Shown one piece after another: positions 51,251-62,883 of a stretch of 64,000 nt of DNA. The stretch is taken from NCBI GenBank assembly GCA_038087875.1, contig CM075985.1, positions 8,742,001 to 8,806,000 on the forward strand. The letters are read 5' to 3'. The translations under genes were made by a program, and so were the position numbers. Under the pieces are notes generated by a model that was not told the origin of the DNA, ran no database searches, and saw only the letters and a program-made list of their open reading frames with translations. The number at the start of each line of letters is the position of its first letter. Position 1 is the stretch's first letter. This DNA is from Malacoraja senta. Its lineage: Eukaryota.

Positions 51251-51475
51251 CGATTTCTAACCTTGTGTTAAGCCCCAGTCCTTCCTTTGGGTTATTACCT
51301 GAAACCCAGTAGAGATTTTTTTTGCTTTCCATTGGCTTCACCTATCTATTAACATGTTCTAAGTCAGTCTTAACAAAGTTTTTACATGTAACCATTCCCT
51401 CAATAAACTTATTTTAAAAAAAAAATCTGTTTGAGATATTGTCTGCATCATTGAAAACCCCCCATTATTGTTATA

Positions 51476-51715
51476 TTCATTCATTCATTCATTCATTGTT
51501 TTCCATGTCCCTGATCCATACAGCATCACCTGTTTCATATTTGAGTTAAAGATGTGTATTTTGGTGTTGATTGAGATGTGTTTTGAGCTCCAGATCTTCC
51601 CGAGCATGTTAAACACCACCCTAGCCTTATTGATTCTACTTCTTATGTCTGCCTCTACCCCTCCGGTGATGTCTACAACACTGCCTAGGTATGTGAATGT
51701 TTCTACCTCCTCTCG
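51476..51715 (-). mobile_element. RTE-clade LINE RT fragment ending in (TGAA)n
   Basis: EEVETFTYLGSVV..TGGVEADIRSRINKAR..F..L.KIWSSKHISINTKIHIFNSN...LYGSGTW. Confidence 0.8.
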
Positions 51716-51789
51716 AGCAGTGCTGTGCATAAGGTCATATAGTCTTATGACATATGGACTGTATGAACTTTCTGTAGCTGATCTATCTA

Positions 51790-52275
51790 CGCCATGCACT
51801 TGGGCAGCCTTCTTCACTGCATGCAATTTTGGTGTTGTCTGCAAACTTACCAAATCAGCCCATCTGTATTGACTTCCAAGTCATTTATATATATCACAAA
51901 CAACAAATGTACCTGTGGAACTCCATTGTCACAGACTTACAGCCAGTATAACAACCTTCCATCACAACCCTCTGACTTAAATGATGAGTAAGCCAGTTCT
52001 GAATCCAAATGAACAAGTCACCATGGATCCCATGCTTCTTAACCTACTGGATCAGCCTACCATGAGGGACCCTATCAAATGTCTTAATAAAATCCATGTA
52101 GACAACATTCACTGCCTTACCCTCATCAATCACCTTTGTCATCTCCTCAGAAACTCAATCAAATTCGTAAGACATTACCTGCTGTGGACAAAGCTATGCT
52201 GACAGTGTCTTATTAGCCCATTCTCTTCCAAATGTGAGCAAATCCTATCCCAAAGAATCCTCTCCAATAGCTTTG
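51790..52275 (-). mobile_element. CR1 RT fragment
   Basis: Reverse strand gives KFADNTKI, VYMDFIKTFDRVPH and a QH.FVHSR region. Confidence 0.75.
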
Positions 52276-52299
52276 TGTACACCAGGGTGAGATTCTTCG

Positions 52300-53800
52300 A
52301 GACATACGGAATCTTCTCAAGAAAATACGCCCATGCACTTTCCTGATCAGCAACTAAGTTAGGTTATTAATGATAAGGATGCCTCTGAACATTAACCGAT
52401 CAACCATCGCTACAGCTGTTCAGTTGATGAGGACAGGGTGTGTTCACTCTCTTGCTTTGGTCAACAACCAACTTTTTTTACTGACATTAATGGCTAGGTT
52501 ATTGTCCTGACACAATGATATTACTTTCTCGATCACTTTCCTGTACTTTCTCATTGTTGTAGATTCGGCCAACAAGTATCATCGATAGACTTGAGGATCA
52601 AGTTGGCATTGTTCATGGCCACCATGCCATGAGTGCACAGGGAGTAGAGAAAGGGACTGAGTATACAACCTTGATGGTTACCAGTGTTGAGGGTCAGAGT
52701 AGAGAAAAATTTTTGACCAATTCTGCCCTACTGACGTTTTAAAGTCTGGAAATCCTGAAGTTAGTTGCACTGGAGGCCCAAAGGCCAAGTTCCAGAGGTT
52801 TAAGGATGAGCTTATTCAGTATTATGATGCTGAAGGCTGAGCTGTAGTCAGTGAATAGCTTCCTTCCAAGTAATCCAGAAGTGAGTGATTGAAGGAAAGA
52901 TATCGTCCTTTGCAGACCTGTTTTTCCTATAAAAGGGAAAGAGTTTTCCCTTGCAAATTGCAAGTGGCCCAGATTGCCCAGAAGACGTGTTCAACTGGCC
53001 ATTACATGATGTTGATGTTAGAGCTACTGGGCGGTAGTTATTGAGACAGGTAACTTTATTTTTCCGAGGACTGGAATGTTGGAAGTTTCTTTTGAGCTGA
53101 TGATGACAGTAGACTGTTGAAGTGAGAGGTTGAATATGTCGTCAAAGGCTGCAGCCAGTTGATTAGCGCAGTGCTGGAACCTCCCCAGGACCTCATCTGG
53201 GCCGGGCATTTTCCATGAGTTCATGCTCGTAAATGTAGATCTGACCTGCTACCAAGATGTATGAAATAGAGCCCAGTAGAGAGGACACTCCAAGGTGGAG
53301 TTTTGTTTGCATCATCAAAACAGCATGAAAAACATTGACCTCAACCAGTAGAGATAAACCCATGCCAGAGAGCGCCCCGACTTCAGCTTATAGTCGGTGA
53401 TGGTATTCAGGCCTATCACTAATCGCCTGGCATCTACTTGATTAAATTGAGCCTCCAGCTTGTTTTGAAAGTCTCACTTGATATTCCTGAAAGCCTTGAG
53501 CAGATCGTACTCGGAATCATCCTTCTTGAAAGTCTTGGATCTGGACTTTAGTGGAGGGTGAATCTTTCTGTTCATTAAGGTTTTTAGTGCAGATAGAGCC
53601 TAATTATTTCTGTCAGAACACCATCATGAACACAATTCTTGATGAAACTGGTAGCAACTGAGGTATGCTCATTCAGACTGGATGAGTTGGTCTCGAAGAT
53701 GTTTCAGTCCACTGACCCAAGGCAGTCCTGAAGTAGACCCTCAGCCTCTACTGACCACTGCTGTACTACTCTCGTTGACGCCCCTCATTTCAGTCTCTAT
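52300..53800 (-). mobile_element. Decayed Rex1/Babar ORF fragment
   Basis: KMPGPDEV...CANQLAAAFDDIFNLSLQQSTV and LFTDYSSAFSII.LNKLI.KP.ELGL. Confidence 0.8.
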
Positions 53801-54734
53801 CTGTAAGCCAGCAGAAGCAGCATCACAGAAGAACAGACTGGCCAAAATGAAAGCAAGTGATGGAGCGATCAGCGAACTTGATAGTAGTGTAACAGTGATC
53901 ACGGGTATGGAATTAACTATCGCAAAGAGCAGTTGGAAAGAGTGGCTTGTTTCTGAAAGTTTCTGAAGGTGTGAATTCTATGCTACTTTGTGATCAAAGG
54001 TGATCAAGAGTATTAGTGAGAGGCAGGAAACATGCTGATGGTATTTGAGGAATATGTCCTGAAGTCAGCTTGATTGAAGTCACTGCTGACGATGAACAAT
54101 ACATGTAACTCACATTGGAATTGCCCCTTAACGTTCTCCTTTGTGATCTTTTAATACAGAAGGTTAGAATCCCTTAATCAAACGGCTTCATTGATGTTGC
54201 CTGTTATACCTTTTACAAGTACTATCAATACTCTTACAACTATAACAAAACGCTATTCTACTATTCTTAACAATTACTCTTTCAAATCCCCAATGAACAT
54301 CCCTCAGATAGTCAGCTGACAATGTCCAGTCAACTCTTCTGACTGAAGTGTCAATATTTGTGATCTCCTGCAGTCCTAGTATGAAGGGTTCCAAATGGCC
54401 ACCAATACTGTGCTCTTCTGGTATATTGGTTATTGGAGATCTTTCTTCATTGTAATGTGGGTCTTAGTGTGCCAGTTTCAGTGAAAAGTTCTGTTGCTGG
54501 GTTTATCAGTGACATGTTGTTCCATGATTATTGCAAACTGTCCTAAAAATCAGTTTCAGCAAAGTTTGTGATCTTTATTGTTTGTGTTAATCATATGAGA
54601 TACTGTTGGGTTGTTCCACCAGCACTGTGAGAGCACAAGTAAAATCGGTGAGTTTGAGTTTGGAGATGGGTAATTATTTAAACTCTGCTGCCATATATTG
54701 GAATTGAGCACTTTCACAGTCATAGTTTTTTTTA

Positions 54735-55225
54735 AATACAAAGATATATGTATTTTAATGCCGCGTGGCAGAAGCATCCCCGGAGGACCTGAAGGCTCCG
54801 CCCACCACGCGTGGCCTGTCGAGGGAAACCGCTGGGCCCGGGCCGTGTTCGGCCGCCTAAAAATAGAGAACCAATGAGGAGGGAGCCGCTGGAGACTTCA
54901 GATGCGAGGAGCAAGGGCCGGTAGTAGGGTGAACCGGGGAATTGCCTCCAGCGCCTTCAAGGTCGGCTGCAGGAACCGGCCTCGGGACACAAAGATGGCC
55001 GGGCGAGGAGAGGGATTTAGGTTCAAGGGGCCAATCTGGTCGAAGGCGATGGAGGAGCCTGGGCCTTACCAGGATTGGGAAGCCACTCCAGTAGACCAAG
55101 CGCCCAGACAGACCCGACTTTGGAAATGGCGGCAAAAAATGGCGACGTCTGCATGCGTAAATATGCAAAAAGAACTTCACTGTACAGTTGCACATGTGAT
55201 AAATAAAGCAACATTGAGCCATTAA
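54735..55225 (+). mobile_element. GC-rich non-autonomous element with Rex1-like 3' tail
   Basis: Abrupt GC/CpG-rich island ending aaagaacttcactgtacagttgcacatgtgataaataaagc, similar to the Rex1 tail at ~62550-62595. Confidence 0.55.
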
Positions 55226-55974
55226 TGTTTATCTTGAATTCAAAGTAGCATAGAATTCACACCTTCAGAAACAAGAAAACTCCTTCCGACTGCTCTTTGC
55301 CATAGTTAATGCTTTGTGCAAACTTTCACTTGCCCTAATTTAGCTGACTGCAGCTGCATGTCCTTGCATTGTTACACAATGCTCGGATAAAGGCACTAAT
55401 TAGGATTTCAGTGAGGTCATATAACTAATTGCGCAAAAATTGTGCAGCATTGTGAATCAGGCCTATTCACTTGCGCTCTTCAGTTTAAATTGGATTTAAG
55501 GTGGCGGGGTATTTTCATTTTAGACAGTCTTGGCCTTGCAAATGACTTGCTTCCACTCCAGTTTAATGAGTTCTGAGGTGGCCAAAGTGGGAAGCAGACT
55601 CATCGAGTGATGATTCAGGAGATGGCTGACGTGGTAGGTAGGCTTCCCTGCGCTCCAATGGATGGCCTCAAGGTTCGCGATGTGATCCCAATTCTGCTTC
55701 TCCATTTTGAGTGGGCATAGGTCAGAGATTCCCAGGAGTCGGTGAAAACCATGCATTCTTCTGCTTGTGTGGTAATCTCATCCCATGTCAGAGTTTAGAA
55801 AAGAGTGTCCATTTCAGGGGTCTGCGATCACACATGCAAATGACATGGCCTGTCTAAAATAACTAACAGCGAGAAACCAGGATCTCTCTGCTGAGGATTT
55901 ACCTGGGAGAGGATAGTTGCCTACCCCACCAGTGAATTTCGAGGAGACGGCATTGGTGGCAATTTTCCAATGAA

Positions 55975-56105
55975 TGCCGAAGAAGGGACTTGACTTGACC
56001 AGAAACGTCTCTCTCCTTGTCCTCCAGGGATGCTGCCAGGCCCGCTGAGCTAATCCAGCACTTTGTGTTTTACGCAAGGTTCCAGCATCTGCACATCCTT
56101 GTGTT
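55975..56105 (+). mobile_element. Older PLE pLTR fragment
   Basis: gaagaaggg...gaaacgtc...gatgctgcc...cccgctgag...tccagcatctgca. Confidence 0.65.
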
Positions 56106-57214
56106 GGCTGTTTTCCAAAACTTTTCCTTCATCTTGTCACAGGAAAAGCTGGTTTGTGTTTGAATACAATGTCAAACTATAAATTTCATCCACCTCTCCT
56201 TGGAAGCCCCCCTCCTCCGCCCCCAGCAATTGCCACAGGCAGTTATAAAGACCTGAGGCTTTTCTTGATAGCGTCTCAGTCTCTGGGTAGATGAATTACA
56301 GAATAGTCAATGAGAAGCAGCAAAAAGTGATGAAGGATTGTCATTGTTACGGGTTGTGAAAGCAAGGATAGGTCATTTGAGGCCAATGGCACCCTAGGGT
56401 TTGTCTGATTTTAGTTGCTGCCCTGAAATAAGTGCAGTTGTGTTTTGTAATTCACCTCTGGGATTCTTGAATAAATACGTCTTTTTTAATTTTCTAAAAA
56501 ATCTGGTTAACTGCCAACATTTTTTTAAAAGAACATCATTCTCGCTTGGCTTTTCACACAGAGACTGGGTTAATCGGAGTGACAGAGATCCCTTTGTCTT
56601 TGGCATCTGAGTAGAATTACGTGCCTGTAATGTAGAGCATGAACGGCACCAGCTCTCATCAGTGGCACATGGAGAGTATTCTGTAATCTGCAGGTCAGAG
56701 GCAGAGTGCTTACTCTGCTCAAATTTTGTACAGTGTGATGTTTTTTTCCCCTTCTTTCATCATGAAGTGTAAGTAATTATTGTAAATGATGACCTCCGAG
56801 AGCTTTCATAACACATAGCACAGAGATCTGTGAAGCAATCAAATTTTAATACCAACTTGCTTAAGCAAATTTGTTTGTGCACATTTCAATTTGGAATTAT
56901 TCAAGACTCTGTGGCAAGTCAGTGACCTTGAAATGATCTCAACCCAATTGTTAGTCCTGTTTTTTTCTGGCATTTTCACCTAACTTGTAATACAGCCACA
57001 GCTTTCATTGATTCAATACATTCAATGTAGGAAAATGAATATGAGTTCTTTGGTGGTATTCTGTTGAAAGAAAGCACTTGGAACCAAAGGAGAAATATCA
57101 GCAGGGCTAACCAAATACATGGCCAGAAAAGTAAATTCTGAGCAAGCTTTGAATGAAGGAGTAAAGTAGGCAGGATTGAGGGCAGGAATTCCATGATAAA
57201 CGGATTGTGGGCAG

Positions 57215-57400
57215 CAGGAGGCACAGCAGCAGTCATGATTCAATCCTGATTTCTGCCGCTATATGTCCGCAGTTCGTATGTTCTTTGACTGTGTGGGTTT
57301 CCTCTAGGTGCTTCTGTTTCTTCCATGACCCAAAGGGGTGCTGGGGTAGAGGTCAATTTACCCCCTATAAATCATCCCAAGTGTATGTAGGTGACAGGAG
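57215..57400 (+). mobile_element. Decayed V-SINE
   Basis: gattcaatcctga...gtgggtttcctctaggtgcttctgtttcttcc. Confidence 0.6.
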
Positions 57401-57478
57401 AATCTGAGTGTAGTTGATGATCATGTGAGTGAGAGTACATGGGGAAATAAATGGGGGAATGGGAATGGGATCACAATT

Positions 57479-58099
57479 AATGTTAGCATTCATAGCAAAA
57501 GGATTTGAGTATAGGAGCAGGGAGGTTCTACTGCAGATGTACAGGGTCTTGGTGAGACCACACCTGGAGTATTGCGTACAGTTTTGGTCTCCAAATCTGA
57601 GGAAAGACATTCTTGCCATAGAGGGAGTACAGAGAAGGTTCACCAGACCGATTCCTGGGATGTCAGGACTTTCTTATGAAGAAAGACTGGATAGACTCGG
57701 CTTGTACTCGCTAGAATTTAGAAGATTGAGGGGGGATCTTATAGAAACTTACAAAATTCTTAAGGGGTTGGACAGACTAGATGCAGGAAGATTGTTCCCG
57801 ATGTTGGGGAAGTCCAGGACAAGGGGTCACAGTTTAAGGATAAAGGAAATCCTTTAGGACCGAGATGAGAAAAACATTTTTCACACAGAGAGTGGTGAAT
57901 CTCTGGAACTCTCTGCCACAGAAGGTAGTTGAGGCCAGTTCATTGGCTATATTTAAGAGGGAGTTAGATGTGGCCCTAAAGGGATCAGGGGGTATGGAGA
58001 GAAGGCAGGTACAGGATACTGAGTTGGATGATCAGCCATGATCATATTGAATGGCGGTGCAGGCTCGAAGGGCTGAATGGCCTACTCCTGCACCTATTT
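57479..58099 (+). mobile_element. Young 5'-truncated CR1 (same subfamily as 6950-10290)
   Basis: Nearly identical to ~9638-10280. MLAFIAKGFEYRSREVLLQ... peptide and (ttctatgt)n tail. Confidence 0.93.
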
Positions 58100-59888
58100 T
58101 CTATGTTTCTATGTTTCTAAAGGCGGATGTCAGTACTAGATTATCCAAATGTAGAGGTAACAATGAACAGATGAAGATTGGAGCAGCAGATGAGTTAGTG
58201 CATGGCAATAGACCAAAATTGAATCCTGCCTCCCTAATTCTATTTTGTTTATTGCACCCCGCAGATAAAATAGATTGGCATTGAATTGACAGTGGCTTCA
58301 CATTGATCAATGTAGGGCATGAAAAATGTTGCACTTGAAACTACTTGTGAATTCAGAAGCATATTGGTTAGGCAGAGTAGTTCCTTCAGTATTAAGGCTA
58401 TATCCGAGTAAGCAGTTCTTGATGGCTTTCAGTGTTCAAAGTAAAAACATGTTTCTCATTAACAATGGTAACGTTCAAATATTAGTGAAAATGTACTCAT
58501 TCCGGTTTATGAACTGGTTCTACTTTTATAGACGTCTATAAGTCAACTTTGTCTATTAGTCGAAAAGTACACAAAATCACTCGATATGGTAACCAAACCT
58601 CCACAAGCATGGTAATGAATGGTGGTGTGACTGTGAGTAAATCACAGGAGACGGAAGCTGGTCGATGTGAAAGGTCTTTATGCATCACAAGCAAGTCTTC
58701 TGGAGAATCTGTTTCTCCTCTCTTTTCCTTTCCTGAGACTCTGCCATGTAGTGATGTTTTGTACTTTTCAAACACAAAGATAACAGTAAGCAATTAAGGA
58801 CAATTTGAATGGTTATAATTACCTACTTTAACATTTTTAGTGTGGACAAGTAAATTTGCAGAATTACATATTTACAATGGGAACACATCCCAACTGACAG
58901 ATCCTATTGAATGTTCAAATATTGAGGAGCCCTGAGTGCCAAAATCTAGACGTCCATAATATACCTCTTTTGTTAGAGTGTTAGAGGAATGCTCCCTAGA
59001 TATACAAACAGCAAGAATATTAATTGACAAAATGAACATATCCTGACCAGTGTATGAACTGACGGGGACATGTCTTTAATGATCTGTTAGTGCAGGAGAT
59101 GGCTGCTTAATATCTTCCCTGATCTCATCATGGCAGCTTCAATGAGGACCAATTAACATTAACATTTATTTATTGCCCTCCTCTTCCTGGTTACAATGGT
59201 TCAAAATCAGGATGTCCCACGCTCAATGGCGATTTCACTCGCATTGAAGTATTGGTGGATGTTTCAACGTGTAATAGAGTATTGTTGTCCAAGTATCGAT
59301 TGCCTTGTCAATCAGAGAAAATCTCTTAACCTCCTGTGGAGAAACAGTGTTCTTAGAGACATCGGTGTTCATTTCTGTGGGGATGTTACCTGTAAACGGT
59401 TGATTCAATGACTTTCATTTGAATGAACTAATATTCATGGGAGCATTCATATGTACAGGTTTTCACATTCAGCACATTGTTAACCTGTAGTTTATTTCTA
59501 GCGTAACTGAGGCATGGTTATTTGATTATGAGATATAAAGTAAGACCACATAATAGCACCTATATTTAGAAGTTTGTGAACATATAAATCCAATGATGCA
59601 CAATTAGTTCCTGGGAAAGCTAGATTTGCAATCCTAACCATTGCTGAGGTTCGCTCGTGGGAAAGAGTTTTATTTTATTCATGTTTCTATATCACAAACT
59701 ATAGCAGCTCCAAGATCAGGGTCAGGAGGGTTCCAGGACTTGAGCCCAGATTCAGGTGTTGCCCTGACACCCAGACCCAGCTTTAACTGGGCTGTAACAG
59801 TGTTGAGTGCATTTATTTGAGGCCATCTCCTCAGCAACTGGATGTGGCCTGTGGACTGTATAATGTGTACCACTAATTTAATGCTTAA

Positions 59889-60416
59889 GGGGCTGTCCCA
59901 CTTGGGTGACCTAATTGGCGAGTTTAGAAGAGTTTAGGAGAGTTTGAAAAAATAACATGTTGAAGACCTCCTTCGACTATGTAGAAGATCTCCTTCGGCC
60001 TCCTTCGACTATGTTGAAGACTAGCTACGACTAACTTCGGGAAAATTGGACACCGAATAGTGGACCTCCTTCGATCTCCTTCGACCTCCCTTCGACTATG
60101 ATGAAGACTAGCTACGACTACCTTCGACTACCCTCGATTACCTACGACTAACATGCCGACCTACTTCGACTAAACCTACGAGTAAAAAAAGTATCGATTT
60201 TTTCCATGGCAACCTTTTTTTACTCGTGGGCATTTTTTAACATATTGAAAAAAACGCTGCGACCTAGCTGAGGCCTCGAGTACGCGGAGACCACTCTCGA
60301 GCATGAAGGAGAGTTACGAAGACATCCTACGACCTCGTGTCGACCATGCTGCGAGTATGAGTCTAGGGCAAACTCGCCAGAACTGGCGGATTAGGTCGCC
60401 CAAGTGGGACAGACCC
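59889..60416. mobile_element. MITE with TTAA flanks (Kolobok- or Harbinger-like)
   Basis: TTAA|GGGGCTGTCCCACTTGGG...CCCAAGTGGGACAGACCC|TTAA with an internal array of cttcgacta/ctacgacta motifs. Confidence 0.88.
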
Positions 60417-61570
60417 TTAAAGGTTGTATGTGGTGAGAACACTACAGCCAGCCAGTGGAGGGGAAATTCCCCGGTCAATCAAGCTTTGTAACCACAATGC
60501 TGAAAGTGACTGGGATTGATTTTATGCATCTAATTTATGAACAACTACCATTTCACACAGGTTTTTTTTGAAGAACCTACTGGGAGAAATTGCTGTGGTA
60601 TGTTTCTTTTGTTCCTTAAATAGACTGTACACTGAGTAAATCGATTGTTTGTGGTATAATAGGCTGTCTGCATGTTATGCTTCCTGCCACAGGCCACCTT
60701 CCATTAATCTTTTACTACTAAAATCTACTGACATAATTCAAAACTATATCTAAATATATACAGGATTTCAAATGTATCTAAAACTAAGTATAGAAGACAT
60801 TTAAAGGTATTTTGAAGTTTAAAATAATTACATAATGCTTATAAACTACCAACATTCCCAATAAGGGCAATGATGAGAATATCATCCAGGCATCAATCAA
60901 CTTTTTCCCCAGGCACACCCTTTCATTACTCTTGTTCATCTCTGAGCTCTGTACAACTGCGGTTCGTGCCAACTCCTCCCATTCTAATTATCTCTTCCAA
61001 CCTACACCCACAACCAAAATCCTCCATTATCTTTCCTTGTGTGCATCACATTTATCCCTGTTTTCCGTTTCTTCTGTTTTATACGACAATCAGCTATGTG
61101 CAAATATATATTTTTAAATACATATAGTATCCCTTTTTCAGGAGGTAAATTAATGTCAACCATTAATGGAAGATTAAAGCTTGGTAATAAGATTGTTTTC
61201 ATTAATTTTAGAAAGGGAAATGTAAGTTAACAAGATCGGGTAATGGTGTAGTAGTTATAGGTAGCTTATACTGGAAAACTGATGGGCACATAGAAGGACA
61301 AAAAGGTCAAGGGGATTTGAAAGAATATTGGAAGAAGCACTGGCGGTATTTGAGGATGCCATCTCTAACTTTGATATATTGTACCCAATGAATGTAATGT
61401 GGAGAGAATTAAGAGTTCTGCAGAATTGGATTTTGTCAAAAATGCAGATTGAAAGGTGGTAAATAAGCACTCTATCCCAGAATGGTCTGGATAATCATGT
61501 AAAATTTATTCCATGTTGACTTGAAAAATCCAACTTTGTACTATTGAAGATAGGCTAAATACAACACTGT

Positions 61571-61717
61571 GTAAGAAGGAACTGCAGATGTTGGTTTAAA
61601 TCGAAGATAGACACAAAAAACTGGAGTAACTCAGCAGGACAGGCAGCATCTCTGGAGAGAAGGAACCCGAAACGTCACCCATTCTTTCTCTCCAGAGATC
61701 CTGCCTGTCCTGCTGAG
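61571..61717. mobile_element. Inverted-repeat PLE pLTR mini-element
   Basis: Opposing arms and a degenerate TSD: taaatacaacactgt (61556-61570) / taaatccaatactgt (61718-61732). Confidence 0.85.
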
Positions 61718-61844
61718 TAAATCCAATACTGTTTGATACCCAAATTCTGGCCATTACTGATTTCTTTAATTTCTCATTGGTTCGTTATTCTATCTCAGCT
61801 TTCGGCTCATGAATCCTTCAGAAAATTCACTTCTTTGTTCTTTG

Positions 61845-62597
61845 AAGCGAAGCAGTACACACACCCAGCCTACATTGATCGTGCTGATGGTCAAGAGAAT
61901 CATGCTCCTAGGAATAAATATCACCAGCAATTTGTCATGCACCAGCCACTTCAAAGCTATGGCCAAGAAAGCACACCAACACCTCTATTTCCTTAGAAAC
62001 CTTAGCCCTCCAACAACCCTCACCAACTTCTACAGATGTGCCATAGAAAGCATCTTATCGGGTTGCATCACAGCTTAGTATGTGGACAGCTCCATCCCAG
62101 ACTGCAAGAAATTGCAGAAAGTTGTGGATGTAGCCCAGACCATTACACAAACCAGCCTCCTTTCCGTCGACTACATCTACACTTTATGCTGCCTTGGCAA
62201 AGCTGCCAGCATAATCAAGGACTAGCCTCACCATGACTACTGGTCCCTCTTCTCCTCTCTCCCATCAGGCAGGGGATATATAAGTTTGAAAACATATACC
62301 TCCAGATTCAGGAACAGTTTTTTCCCCCCAACTGTTATCAGGCATCTGAACAGTACTCTCATTAGCTTGAGTGCAGTCTTGACTTCCCATCCACCTCATT
62401 GGAGACCCTTGAACTTTAGTTGGACTTTATCGGACCTTTGCTATATTGTTACACTAAATGTTGTGTCCTTTATCTTTTATCTGTACACTGTGGACAGCTT
62501 GATTGTATTCACGTATCGTCTTCTTTTAATTGGATGGCACGTAAACAAAAACTTTTTACTGTACCTCGGTGCACGTGACAATAATAAATTAAACTAA
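61845..62597 (+). mobile_element. Rex1/Babar LINE 3' fragment
   Basis: AKKAHQHLYFLR, TLTNFYRCAIESILSGCITA and TSRFRNSFFP peptides; tail gtgacaataataaattaaactaa. Confidence 0.85.
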
Positions 62598-62883
62598 GCT
62601 AGAGGCATATCACCAACAATTTGCATTAAATGATGATCAAGTGGAAAATTGTTTCACAGTTTTAAATGGAGCAGAATTGCAACAGTGAATTAGGATTGGA
62701 AATTTTTCTTCATTTTCAGGAGCTCGGCATTTATTGCCCACCCTGAATGGCCTTGAGAAGATGGATAATGCGTTGCCATCTTGAACTCCTGTAGTCCTTC
62801 TTGTGAAGGGACTTCCTTGTTGCTATTCAGAGGGAAGTTTCAGGATTTAACACCAAAGAGGGACGGATGATATATTTCCAAGG

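Noticed and set aside
59960-60180. Array of cttcgacta motifs as CRISPR or satellite
   Set aside because: Irregular short motifs inside a TIR-bounded MITE, with no unique spacers.
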